A stretch of 27,794 nucleotides of DNA from Acidobacteriota bacterium. Its GTDB lineage: Bacteria; Acidobacteriota; Thermoanaerobaculia; Multivoradales; UBA5704. Positions 14,516 through 22,381 of the stretch are shown piece by piece (the stretch's first letter is position 1; the number at the start of each line of letters is the position of its first letter). The stretch spans positions 1 through 27,794 of the forward strand of contig JBDTZG010000065.1 in assembly GCA_040005235.1 (NCBI GenBank), in the 5' to 3' direction. A model generated the notes under the pieces. The model searched no databases, was not told where the DNA came from, and saw only the letters and a list, made by a program, of their open reading frames with translations. The position numbers and the translations under genes are program-made.

Positions 14516-15541
14516 ATGGCGAATCGACCCCCGCAAAGCCTGGTGGATCCTACGGAAGAGGCGCTGCGCACCCTGCACCGGGAAAAGCTCGCGGCGCATC
14601 GCGGCCTTGCCACCTGGGGTGAAAAACTCGTGCCGCTCGGCAGCTTTCGGGCCGCGACGCAGAATGCGGGGCTTGCCCTGTCGGCCGAGGAGCGCGGACG
14701 GCGGGTTCGCGAGTTTCTCGCCGCGGGCACCGATCCGACCCCGGTCGAAGGTCCGTTTCGGCGCATCCTGGTGTTCGGCGGCATCTACAACAACCACCTG
14801 GCGCTTGGCCAGCTGCTTGAAGAAGCGGCGCGGCGGCAGGTCGATGCGGTCTACTGCCTGGGCGATCTCGGCGGTTTCGGCCCGAACCCGGAAAAAGTCT
14901 GGCCGCTGCTCCTTTCGGGAGGCGTCCGGGCGATTCAAGGCAACTACGAGGAATCGCTCGCCTCGGGCCGCGAGGACTGCAACTGCGGCTACACCGATCC
15001 CCGCGACAATCATTTCGCCGAGGTTTCCTACCGCTATACCGAGCAAAACTGCTCCGCCGACTTCAAATCCTGGATGGGCGCGCTGCCGAAACGGCGACGG
15101 GTTCAAATCGGCGGGCGCGAGCTGCTCCTGGTCCATGGCTCGCCCCGGCGGATCAATGAGTTTCTGTTCCGTTCCACAAGTCCGGTACCGTTCCTCGAAG
15201 TGTTGCTCGACCAGGAGCGGGCGGACGCCCTGCTCTGCACCCACACCGGCCTTCATTGGCATCGTCGCCTCCCCTCGGGCCGCGACGCGATCAACGTCGG
15301 CGTGATCGGCCGGCCGGCCAACGACGGCGACGTCCGCGTTTGGTATGCGATGGTTGAAGAGGGCGAGGCGGGCGATCTCGCGTTCGAGCTTGCGCCGCTT
15401 CGCTACGACCACCGGGGGCTCGCCGCCGAGATGCGCGCGGAGCGCCTGCCCGAAGAATTCGTCGAAACCGTCACCTCCGGCTGGTGGACCACCTGCCTGG
15501 AGATCCTGCCGCCGCGCGAGCGGGCGGCCTCGCGGTTCTAG
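14516..15541 (+). CDS. Calcineurin-like metallophosphoesterase-family protein with altered metal ligands and a CxC motif
   Basis: CLGDLGGFGP, IQGNYE, LVHGSPRRINEFL, CTHTG, INVGVIGRP, Y-D near the C-terminus; first motif FGGIYNN instead of xDxHxN; DCNCGY insert; ~80-aa N-terminal extension. Confidence 0.8.
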   Translation: MANRPPQSLVDPTEEALRTLHREKLAAHRGLATWGEKLVPLGSFRAATQNAGLALSAEERGRRVREFLAAGTDPTPVEGPFRRILVFGGIYNNHLALGQLLEEAARRQVDAVYCLGDLGGFGPNPEKVWPLLLSGGVRAIQGNYEESLASGREDCNCGYTDPRDNHFAEVSYRYTEQNCSADFKSWMGALPKRRRVQIGGRELLLVHGSPRRINEFLFRSTSPVPFLEVLLDQERADALLCTHTGLHWHRRLPSGRDAINVGVIGRPANDGDVRVWYAMVEEGEAGDLAFELAPLRYDHRGLAAEMRAERLPEEFVETVTSGWWTTCLEILPPRERAASRF

Positions 15542-15608
15542 GATTCGGCCAGTGCAGACCGGCGATCATCCAAAAGGTCCGTTGCCTGCGTACTCTGTAG
15601 ATACGCCG

Positions 15609-16361
15609 ATGCGTGGCCGTCCGACCCTCCTCGTCTTTTCCCGTGGCGCCTCGGCCGAGAGCGCCCGGCGGCGCTTGCTCCCGGGGCGCTTCCGCCACCT
15701 GGAAGACGAGGCCCACCGCGAGCTGCTGGAGGCGGTGCTCGACGCGGGTCGCGAAGCCAGCTGCGCGCTTGCGATTTCGAGCCCGCGGCCGCCTTGCGAA
15801 CGGTCGGGCGTCGAGCATCTGCCGCAGGCGGGCGAGACCTTCGGCGTCCGGCTGGAGGCCGCCGTGGGCGACGCGCTCGCCCGCGGGCCGGAAGTGCTTC
15901 TGGTGGCCGCGGCCGACGTGCCGGGGCTGACCTCAGAGCACGTCGAACAGGCGGTCGCGTCGCTGCGGGAAAATCCCGACCGGGTGGTCCTCGGCCCCTG
16001 CCCCGACGGCGGCCTTTACCTGATCGCGATGGCGCGACCGATTCCGGGCCTCGCCGACGCGGCACGCTGGTGTCGTCGCGCCACCCGGCGCGACCTGGAG
16101 CGCTCGCTGCTGCTTGCAGGCCGTGAAGTGGTTCGCCTCGCACCGCTCTGCGACCTCGACCGCCCGGCGGATCTGGCGGGCTGGCTGAAGCGCGGCGTCG
16201 GCGAGCAAGCGCTCGAGCGCCTCGCGCGGCTGGCCGGTTTTCTCCGCCACGCTCTCACCGCCCTTCGGTCCGGTCCGCCTCGCGACCTCGGGCTGGCGCT
16301 CGCGGGGGTCGCCCCGCTTTGTGTCGGGCGCGCTCCTCCCGCCGCTCTCTCCTTCCGCTAA
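15609..16361 (+). CDS. DUF2064 / TIGR04282-like (CofC-like GT-A fold) protein with C-terminal RAPP motif
   Basis: PQAGETFGVRL..A, AADVPGL, VVLGPCPDGGLYLI, W, LCDLDRPADL match DUF2064; the tail extends to ...LCVGRAPPAALSFR. Start placed at ATG 15609. Confidence 0.8.
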   Translation: MRGRPTLLVFSRGASAESARRRLLPGRFRHLEDEAHRELLEAVLDAGREASCALAISSPRPPCERSGVEHLPQAGETFGVRLEAAVGDALARGPEVLLVAAADVPGLTSEHVEQAVASLRENPDRVVLGPCPDGGLYLIAMARPIPGLADAARWCRRATRRDLERSLLLAGREVVRLAPLCDLDRPADLAGWLKRGVGEQALERLARLAGFLRHALTALRSGPPRDLGLALAGVAPLCVGRAPPAALSFR

Positions 16362-16464
16362 GTTTCCGTTCGCCGCTTCTGTGCGGAGCCCTGCCGTCAG
16401 CGGCGGGTGGTTCGCTCGCGTATTTCTATTTCCCGTGCGTCTCTAGAGGCGCTGGAGGTTTCTC

Positions 16465-17622
16465 ATGGCAACCCTCGCCGTCGATGACGTGGTCAAGGAT
16501 CGGTACCGTCAAGGCGCTCAAGAGCGGGTGGCCGAGCTCTGCTGCCCGGTCGAATACGACCCTAAGTATCTCGCGGTCATCCCCAACGAGGTGATCGAAC
16601 GCGACTATGGCTGCGGCGATCCGAGCAAGCACTTGAAGCCCGGCGAGACCGTGCTCGATCTCGGCAGCGGCACCGGCAAGATCTGTTTCATCGCCGCCCA
16701 GGTGGTGGGTGCGGAAGGCAAGGTGATCGGCGTCGACATGACCGATGAAATGCTCGACGTGGCGCGAAGGAACGCTCCGGTCGTGGCCGAACGGCTTGGG
16801 TTCGCAAACGTCGAGTTCCGCCGCGGCCGGATCCAGGACCTAGGCCTGGACATGGACCGGTTCGACGCCGAGCTGGCAAAGGATCCCATCCGCTCGACCG
16901 AGGGTCTGCTCCAGGCGACGACGCGCGCCGAGCGGCTGCGCCGCGAACACCCGCTGGTGGCGGACGATTCTGTCGACGTCGTGGTTTCGAACTGCGTCCT
17001 GAACCTGGTCGACGGGCACGAAAAGCCGCGCCTGTTCCGCGAGATCTTTCGCGTCTTGAGGAACGGTGGCCGGGCGGTGATCTCCGACATCGTCTGCGAC
17101 GAGGAGGTGCCGGTTTCGATGCAGCTCGACCGCGAGCTGTGGAGCGGCTGCATCTCCGGCGCGCTCACCGAGGTCGGCTTCTTGGAAGCGTTCGAGGAGG
17201 CCGGCTTTTACGGTATCCGCGTCCTCGAACGGCAGCGCGAGCCCTGGCAGACGGTCCAAGGCATCGAGTTTCGCTCGCTCACGGTCGAGGCGTGGAAGGG
17301 CAAGCAGGGGGACTGCCTGGAGCGCAACCAGGCGGTCGTCTACCGCGGCCCGTGGAAAGAGGTGCTGGACGACGACGGCCACCGCATGCTGCGCGGAGAG
17401 CGCTATGCGGTCTGCGACAAGACCTATCGCCTTTACCAGCGGGAGCCGTACGCCGGGATGTTCGACCTCGTCGATCCCCGGGTCGAGGTGCCGCTCCACG
17501 AGGCCGGACCGTTCGACTGCTCGCGCACCCTTCGTCGTCATCCGAAAGAGACCAAGGGACAGGACTACCAGGCAACCACGGAGGCTTCCACATGCTGCAC
17601 ACCCGGCTCGGATTGCTGCTGA
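16465..17622 (+). CDS. arsM: Arsenite methyltransferase-like SAM-dependent methyltransferase
   Basis: GGAGG SD; LCC, DYGCGDP, VLDLGSGTG, IGVDMTDEML, VVSNCVLNL, ISD, LWSGCISGA (ArsM-type Cys positions); extended C-terminal domain ending STCCTPGSDCC. Confidence 0.8.
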   Translation: MATLAVDDVVKDRYRQGAQERVAELCCPVEYDPKYLAVIPNEVIERDYGCGDPSKHLKPGETVLDLGSGTGKICFIAAQVVGAEGKVIGVDMTDEMLDVARRNAPVVAERLGFANVEFRRGRIQDLGLDMDRFDAELAKDPIRSTEGLLQATTRAERLRREHPLVADDSVDVVVSNCVLNLVDGHEKPRLFREIFRVLRNGGRAVISDIVCDEEVPVSMQLDRELWSGCISGALTEVGFLEAFEEAGFYGIRVLERQREPWQTVQGIEFRSLTVEAWKGKQGDCLERNQAVVYRGPWKEVLDDDGHRMLRGERYAVCDKTYRLYQREPYAGMFDLVDPRVEVPLHEAGPFDCSRTLRRHPKETKGQDYQATTEASTCCTPGSDCC

Positions 17623-18449
17623 TCGCAGCGTTTGCCGCAACTTCAGCGGCTTCCGCCCAACCCCTACGAATCAACGGCTCGACCACGGTCAATCCGGTGG
17701 TGGTCGATGCCGCAGAGCTCTTGCGGGCGGAAAAGAAGGCGACGATCTTCGTCGATACCCAGGGGGGAAGCTCGGGCGGCATCGCGGCTCTCGGCGAAGG
17801 GCGGGCGGAGATCGGCATGATCTCGCGCGAGCTGGAGCCGGACGATTCCAAGAAGTTTCCAGGCGTCCACTTCCTGGCGACCCGGATCGGCATCGACGCG
17901 CTCGCGCTGGTGGTCTCAAAGGACGTCTGGGACGGAGGGGTTAAGGTGCTCTCCCGCTCGCAGGTGCAGGAGATCTACGAGGGAAAGATCACCAATTGGA
18001 AGGCGGTCGGCGGCCCGGACCGGCGGATCGTCTTCTTCAACAAGGAGCCCGGGCGCGGCACCTGGGAGTCGTTCGCCAAGTGGCTCTACGGCGACCCGAA
18101 AAAGGCGCCTGACGTCTCGCACCCGGAAGTCGGCGCGAACGAAGAGGGGCGTAACAAAGTGGCCTCGACGCCGGGGTCGATCACGCAGCTCTCCGCCGCG
18201 TGGGCCGACCAGAAGACCGTCTTCGGGGTGGCGATCCGGAGGGGCGACGGCAAGGTCGTTTCGCCGACCCTGGCCGCAATCGCCGACGGCAGCTACCCGA
18301 TCACCCGGCCGCTTCAAGTGGTCACCGACGGGCCTCCCAAGGGGCTGGCCAAAGAGATGGTCGACCTGCTGCTTTCCCCGCGCGGGCAGGCGCTGCTCGA
18401 AAAGCACGGCTACCTGAAGAATCCTGGGGCGGGTCCGAAAGGCAAATGA
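17592..18449 (+). CDS. pstS: PstS-like periplasmic oxyanion-binding protein with altered binding residues
   Basis: ATG 17592 with a GGAGG SD inside arsM (31-nt overlap); signal peptide; INGSTTV, GGSSGG, GMISR, DALALVV, IYEGKITNWKAVGG, YPITRPL. Confidence 0.8.
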   Translation: MLHTRLGLLLIAAFAATSAASAQPLRINGSTTVNPVVVDAAELLRAEKKATIFVDTQGGSSGGIAALGEGRAEIGMISRELEPDDSKKFPGVHFLATRIGIDALALVVSKDVWDGGVKVLSRSQVQEIYEGKITNWKAVGGPDRRIVFFNKEPGRGTWESFAKWLYGDPKKAPDVSHPEVGANEEGRNKVASTPGSITQLSAAWADQKTVFGVAIRRGDGKVVSPTLAAIADGSYPITRPLQVVTDGPPKGLAKEMVDLLLSPRGQALLEKHGYLKNPGAGPKGK

Positions 18450-19372
18450 GCCGGGGCCGAAACGTTGCCGGGCGCGGCGATCAGCGGACGCCGGACTTCC
18501 TCCGGCTCGCGGCGTTCGGCTTGTCCGCTCTCGCGCTCGCCTCGTTCGCCGGCCTGGTCGCGGTGTTCGTCAACCAGGCTTGGCCGTTCTTTAAGGCCCA
18601 GGGACTTGCCGGACTGTTCGGCGTTCATTGGTCGTTCCGCTCGGAGCGCTTCGGCGCGCTGCCGATGATGTACGGCAGCCTCGCGGTGTCCGCCATCGCT
18701 CTCGTCGTGGCCGCGCCGATCGGTTGGGGCGCGGCGGTCTTCTTGGCCGAGGTCCTGCCGCGCCGCGCGCGGATCGCCGCCAAGGTCGGCGTCGAGCTGC
18801 TCGCGGGAATCCCTTCCGTGGTCTATGGCCTGCTGGGCGTTCTCCTGCTGCGCGACGCGGCGATGCGCCTCTTGCGGCCGTTCGATCCGATCTCGGGCGA
18901 TACGCTCGCGACCGGCGGCCTGCTGCTTGCGATCATGATCCTTCCGACCGTCGTTTCGCTGAGCGACGATGCGCTCGCCGCAGTGCCGAAGAGCCAGCGC
19001 TCGGCGGCCCGGGCGCTCGGGCTGGGTAAGGCCGAGACGATCCTGCGCGCCGTCGTTCCGACGGCATTGCCCGGTCTCGCCTCCGCCCTGCTGCTCGGGC
19101 TCGGTCGCGCGCTCGGCGAAACGATCGCGGTGTTTTTGGTCATCGGCCGGCAGGACAACCAGTGGCCGGAGCGTCTGTGGACCTTCGATCCGCTCGCCCG
19201 GGCAGGGCAGTCGGTCACCTCGAAACTGGGGGGTTCAGAAACCGCCGTCGCCTACGGCGATCCGATCCACTGGGGCGCTCTGCTCGGGCTCGGACTTCTG
19301 CTTTTGGCGGTGGTCGCCGGGCTCTCTTTCGCCGGTTCCTGGCTCGCGCTACGGCGGGCACCCCGTGCGTAA
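18446..19372 (+). CDS. pstC: Phosphate-type ABC transporter permease, PstC-like
   Basis: ATGA overlap with pstS; FGALPMMYGSL, ELLAGIPSVVYGL, LAIMILPTVVSLS.DAL.AVP, GLGRALGETIAV. Confidence 0.88.
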   Translation: MSRGRNVAGRGDQRTPDFLRLAAFGLSALALASFAGLVAVFVNQAWPFFKAQGLAGLFGVHWSFRSERFGALPMMYGSLAVSAIALVVAAPIGWGAAVFLAEVLPRRARIAAKVGVELLAGIPSVVYGLLGVLLLRDAAMRLLRPFDPISGDTLATGGLLLAIMILPTVVSLSDDALAAVPKSQRSAARALGLGKAETILRAVVPTALPGLASALLLGLGRALGETIAVFLVIGRQDNQWPERLWTFDPLARAGQSVTSKLGGSETAVAYGDPIHWGALLGLGLLLLAVVAGLSFAGSWLALRRAPRA

Positions 19373-20216
19373 GTGGCTCGGCAGAGGTTTTCTCGCCGCC
19401 GCGGCGCTCTGTGCCCTGGTGGTCTTCGGGGTTCTGGCGGTGGTCCTTTACGAGGTGGTCGGCCGCGGCCTTCCCGCCGTCGATCTCGCCTTCCTCATCC
19501 GCCCTTCGGTCGGCTCGGGTGGCGAAGGAGGCGTTCTGTTCGAGATCCTCGGCACGCTGATCCTGATCGGTTCCGCGTTGGCGGCCAGTTTGCCCCTCGC
19601 GGTGGGTTTGGCACTCGCGGCGACGATCTACCTCCCCTCGCCGAGGCTTCGCCGGCTCACCCTTTCCGCTCTCTATACCGCGAATTCGATCCCCTCCGTG
19701 CTGCTCGGGATCGGTGGTTTCGTCGTGTTCGTCCATGGGTTGGGGTGGGGCAAGTCGTGGCTGGGCGGCGGTCTCTTGTTGGGGCTGATGATCCTCCCCG
19801 CCGAAGCGGTCGCCCTGATCGAGCGGATCGAAGCGCTGCCGCGCCGCTATCTCGATGCGGCCTACGGCCTGGGGCTTACACGCGGCCAGGTCGCCCGGTC
19901 GATCGTGTTGCGCCAGAGCCTGGGCGGGCTGTTCTCCGGCGCTCTTCTCGGCCTGGCCCGGGCGGCCGGCGAGACCGCGCCGATCTTGTTCGCCGCCGCG
20001 GTTTTCTCCGGCGCCCGGATTCCCCAAGGGATACGGGAGAGCCCGGTGCTCGCATTGCCGTACCACATCTTCGTGCTCGCCCAGGATTCGTTCTCCCCGG
20101 CCGGGGAGCGGCACCTCTGGGGCGCCGCCCTGGTGCTTCTCGTGCTGGTAGCGGTGTTGAGCTCGATTGCACTACCCGCCCGCTTGCGGGCCCACGAGGA
20201 GTCGCGGCATGGCTGA
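19365..20216 (+). CDS. pstA: Phosphate-type ABC transporter permease, PstA-like
   Basis: GTG 19365 overlapping the pstC end; GGV...ILGT, SIPSVLLG, LGLMILP, AAYGLG, LARAAGETAPILF, LPYHIF. Confidence 0.88.
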   Translation: MRKWLGRGFLAAAALCALVVFGVLAVVLYEVVGRGLPAVDLAFLIRPSVGSGGEGGVLFEILGTLILIGSALAASLPLAVGLALAATIYLPSPRLRRLTLSALYTANSIPSVLLGIGGFVVFVHGLGWGKSWLGGGLLLGLMILPAEAVALIERIEALPRRYLDAAYGLGLTRGQVARSIVLRQSLGGLFSGALLGLARAAGETAPILFAAAVFSGARIPQGIRESPVLALPYHIFVLAQDSFSPAGERHLWGAALVLLVLVAVLSSIALPARLRAHEESRHG

Positions 20217-21090
20217 GCTTTCTCTTGCGGAGCCGGCGCTTCCGGCCGACCTCTGCTGCCCGGTGGCCGATGGAGGCGCGGCGGTTGCGGCGGTCGAGGC
20301 GAGGACCGGAGCACTCACCGCTCCGGCGCTCGAAACTCGCGGGCTCGGCGTTTCTTTTGCCGGTCGGCCGCTGCTGCGCGGCATCGACCTGCGGGTCGAG
20401 GATCGCCGCGTGCTCGCGCTGATCGGCCCTTCGGGCGCCGGCAAGACCACACTGCTGTTTTGCCTGAACCGGATGATCGAGCTCTCGCCGGGCCTGCGGC
20501 GGCAGGGCGAAGTGTTTTTGTTCGGCGAGCCCATCGCGCGACGCGACGCCGATGCGGTGCGGCGGGAGGTCGGCATGCTGTTCCAACAACCGGTGATCTT
20601 CCCGGGCGGGATCGCCGACAACGTTCTGTTCGGCCTCCGTCATTCGGGGCTCGCGCCACGGAAGAGTTTCCCCGAACGGCTGGAAAAGGCGCTTGCCGAG
20701 GCGGCCTTGTGGGACGAGGTCAAGGATCGGCTCGGCGAACCGGCCGCGAGCCTTTCGGTCGGCCAGCAGCAACGGCTATGTCTCGCCCGCGCGCTCGCGG
20801 TCGAGCCGCGTGTACTGCTTTTGGACGAACCGACCAGTGCGCTCGACCCCCGCTCCACCGAGGCGATCGAGGACCGGATTCGCGAGATTTCTAGGACCCG
20901 GGCGATCGTCCTCGTCACTCATTCGCTCGGTCAGGCGCGCCGCGTTGCCGACGAGATCGCCTGCCTCGATCGCCGCGACGGACCCGAGGGGTCGGCCGGC
21001 GAGCTGTTCGAGTGCGGCCCCTGCCGGGAGCGGCTGGAGCGACCGCTAAGCCGGGAGCTCGCCCGATTCCTCGAGAGCGAAAGAGCCTGA
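20209..21090 (+). CDS. pstB: Phosphate-type ABC transporter ATPase, PstB-like, with extra Cys motifs
   Basis: ATG 20209 overlapping pstA; ALIGPSGAGKTT..CLNRM, VGMLFQQP, AALWDEVKDRL, LSVGQQQRLCLARALAVEP.VLLLDEPTSALDP, VTH...QARRVAD. Confidence 0.9.
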   Translation: MAELSLAEPALPADLCCPVADGGAAVAAVEARTGALTAPALETRGLGVSFAGRPLLRGIDLRVEDRRVLALIGPSGAGKTTLLFCLNRMIELSPGLRRQGEVFLFGEPIARRDADAVRREVGMLFQQPVIFPGGIADNVLFGLRHSGLAPRKSFPERLEKALAEAALWDEVKDRLGEPAASLSVGQQQRLCLARALAVEPRVLLLDEPTSALDPRSTEAIEDRIREISRTRAIVLVTHSLGQARRVADEIACLDRRDGPEGSAGELFECGPCRERLERPLSRELARFLESERA

Positions 21091-21128
21091 AACTTCACCC
21101 ACTCCCCAGAAAACCAGAGGAGAGCGCC

Positions 21129-22322
21129 ATGTCGAAACCTCAGATCGCGATCCTGGGCGCCGGGCCGACCGGGCTCGAAGCAGCCCTTGCCGCCGCGGAG
21201 CGCGGCTTGCCGTTCACCCTATATGAGGCGGCGCCGCGGCCGGCGGGCCACGTCCGCTCGTGGGGGCACGTCCATCTATTTACCCCCTGGTCGATGAGCG
21301 TCTCTCCGCGGATGCGCGCGGCGCTCGAATCGGCGGGCGTTGCGGTTCCCGACGGCGAGGCCTGCCCCACCGGCGACCAGCTCGCGGAGGGCTTGCTCGA
21401 TCCGCTCGCCTCGCTTGCCGCCATCGCGCCCAATCTTCGGCTCTCCGCGCGGGTCAAGGCGGTCGGCCGCGAGGGGCTGCTCAAGCACGAGGAGATCTCA
21501 ACGCCCGCCCGGGCGGCCCGACCGTTCCGGTTGCTGGTCGAGGACGGTGAGGGCAACGAGCGGATCGAGCACGCGAGCGTCGTGATCGACACGACGGGGA
21601 CCTATTCGAACCCGAATCTGCTTGGCGACGGAGGCATCCCCGCCCCGGGCGAGCTGGCGCTCGACGGCGAGATCCGTCGGCAACTGCCGAACTTCGCGCG
21701 GGAAGGCGATTGGGCGGGCAAGACGATCCTGGTCGCCGGAGCGGGCCATTCGGCGCAGACCGCGGTTCGCGACCTGGCGAGGCTTGCCGAGAGGGCGCCC
21801 GGCACCCGGGTGATCTGGGCGATTCGCGGCGCTGCTCCTTCCCCGGCCGCGGACCACCCCGATCCGCTCCCCGAGCGGAGCGAGCTGCTGCGCGAAGCCG
21901 CGGCACTTGGGGCCGGCGGTTCGCCGGCGATCGAGGTGAGGTCCGGCGTCGCGATCGAATCTCTGCGCCGAGACGGCGAAAGAGTCGAGGTTTCGCTGCG
22001 CTCCCCCGCCGGGCAGGAGACGATCGCGGTCGATCGCATCCTGTCGCTCACCGGCTTCGTTCCGAACGATTCGATGTACCGCCAGCTCCAGATTCACGAG
22101 TGCTACGCCTTCTCCGCGCCGATGAAGCTTTCGGCGGCGCTGCTCGGCGCGGCCGGCGGAGGGGGAGACTGCCTCTCCCAGACCAGCCACGGCGCCGAGA
22201 CGCTGGTTAATCCGGAGCCGAACTTCTACATCCTGGGCATCAAGTCGTACGGCCGAAATACCAATTTCTTGATGCGGGTCGGCTGGGAACAGGTGGCGGA
22301 GGTGTTCGGCCGAATCGAATAG
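21129..22322 (+). CDS. FAD/NAD(P)-dependent oxidoreductase (flavin monooxygenase-like), of the family often seen in ars operons
   Basis: GAGGAG SD; GAGPTG (FAD), WGHVHLFTPW, VIDTTGT, GAGHSA (NAD(P)), LTGF.P, YILGIKSYGR...FLM..GWEQV. Confidence 0.8.
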   Translation: MSKPQIAILGAGPTGLEAALAAAERGLPFTLYEAAPRPAGHVRSWGHVHLFTPWSMSVSPRMRAALESAGVAVPDGEACPTGDQLAEGLLDPLASLAAIAPNLRLSARVKAVGREGLLKHEEISTPARAARPFRLLVEDGEGNERIEHASVVIDTTGTYSNPNLLGDGGIPAPGELALDGEIRRQLPNFAREGDWAGKTILVAGAGHSAQTAVRDLARLAERAPGTRVIWAIRGAAPSPAADHPDPLPERSELLREAAALGAGGSPAIEVRSGVAIESLRRDGERVEVSLRSPAGQETIAVDRILSLTGFVPNDSMYRQLQIHECYAFSAPMKLSAALLGAAGGGGDCLSQTSHGAETLVNPEPNFYILGIKSYGRNTNFLMRVGWEQVAEVFGRIE

Positions 22323-22381
22323 TGCCGTGCGCTAGACTCTTGCGGCTCAGGAAGCCTTGAAACCCTAGAGGAGAAGAACCG

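Noticed and set aside
13537-14784. N-terminal 416 aa of ORF 13096..14784
   Set aside because: Antisense to the rSAM and phosphoesterase genes; only the hydrophobic last 146 aa look genuine.
17614-17660. Selenocysteine read-through at the ArsM Cys-Cys-TGA end
   Set aside because: No convincing SECIS hairpin; the region is already constrained by the overlapping pstS signal peptide; terminal CC is common in ArsM.
17592-21090. Ordinary Pho-regulon pstSCAB operon
   Set aside because: No phoU/phoBR in the window, no separate promoter region (pstS starts inside arsM), altered PstS residues and Cys-tagged PstB; the gene symbols denote family only.
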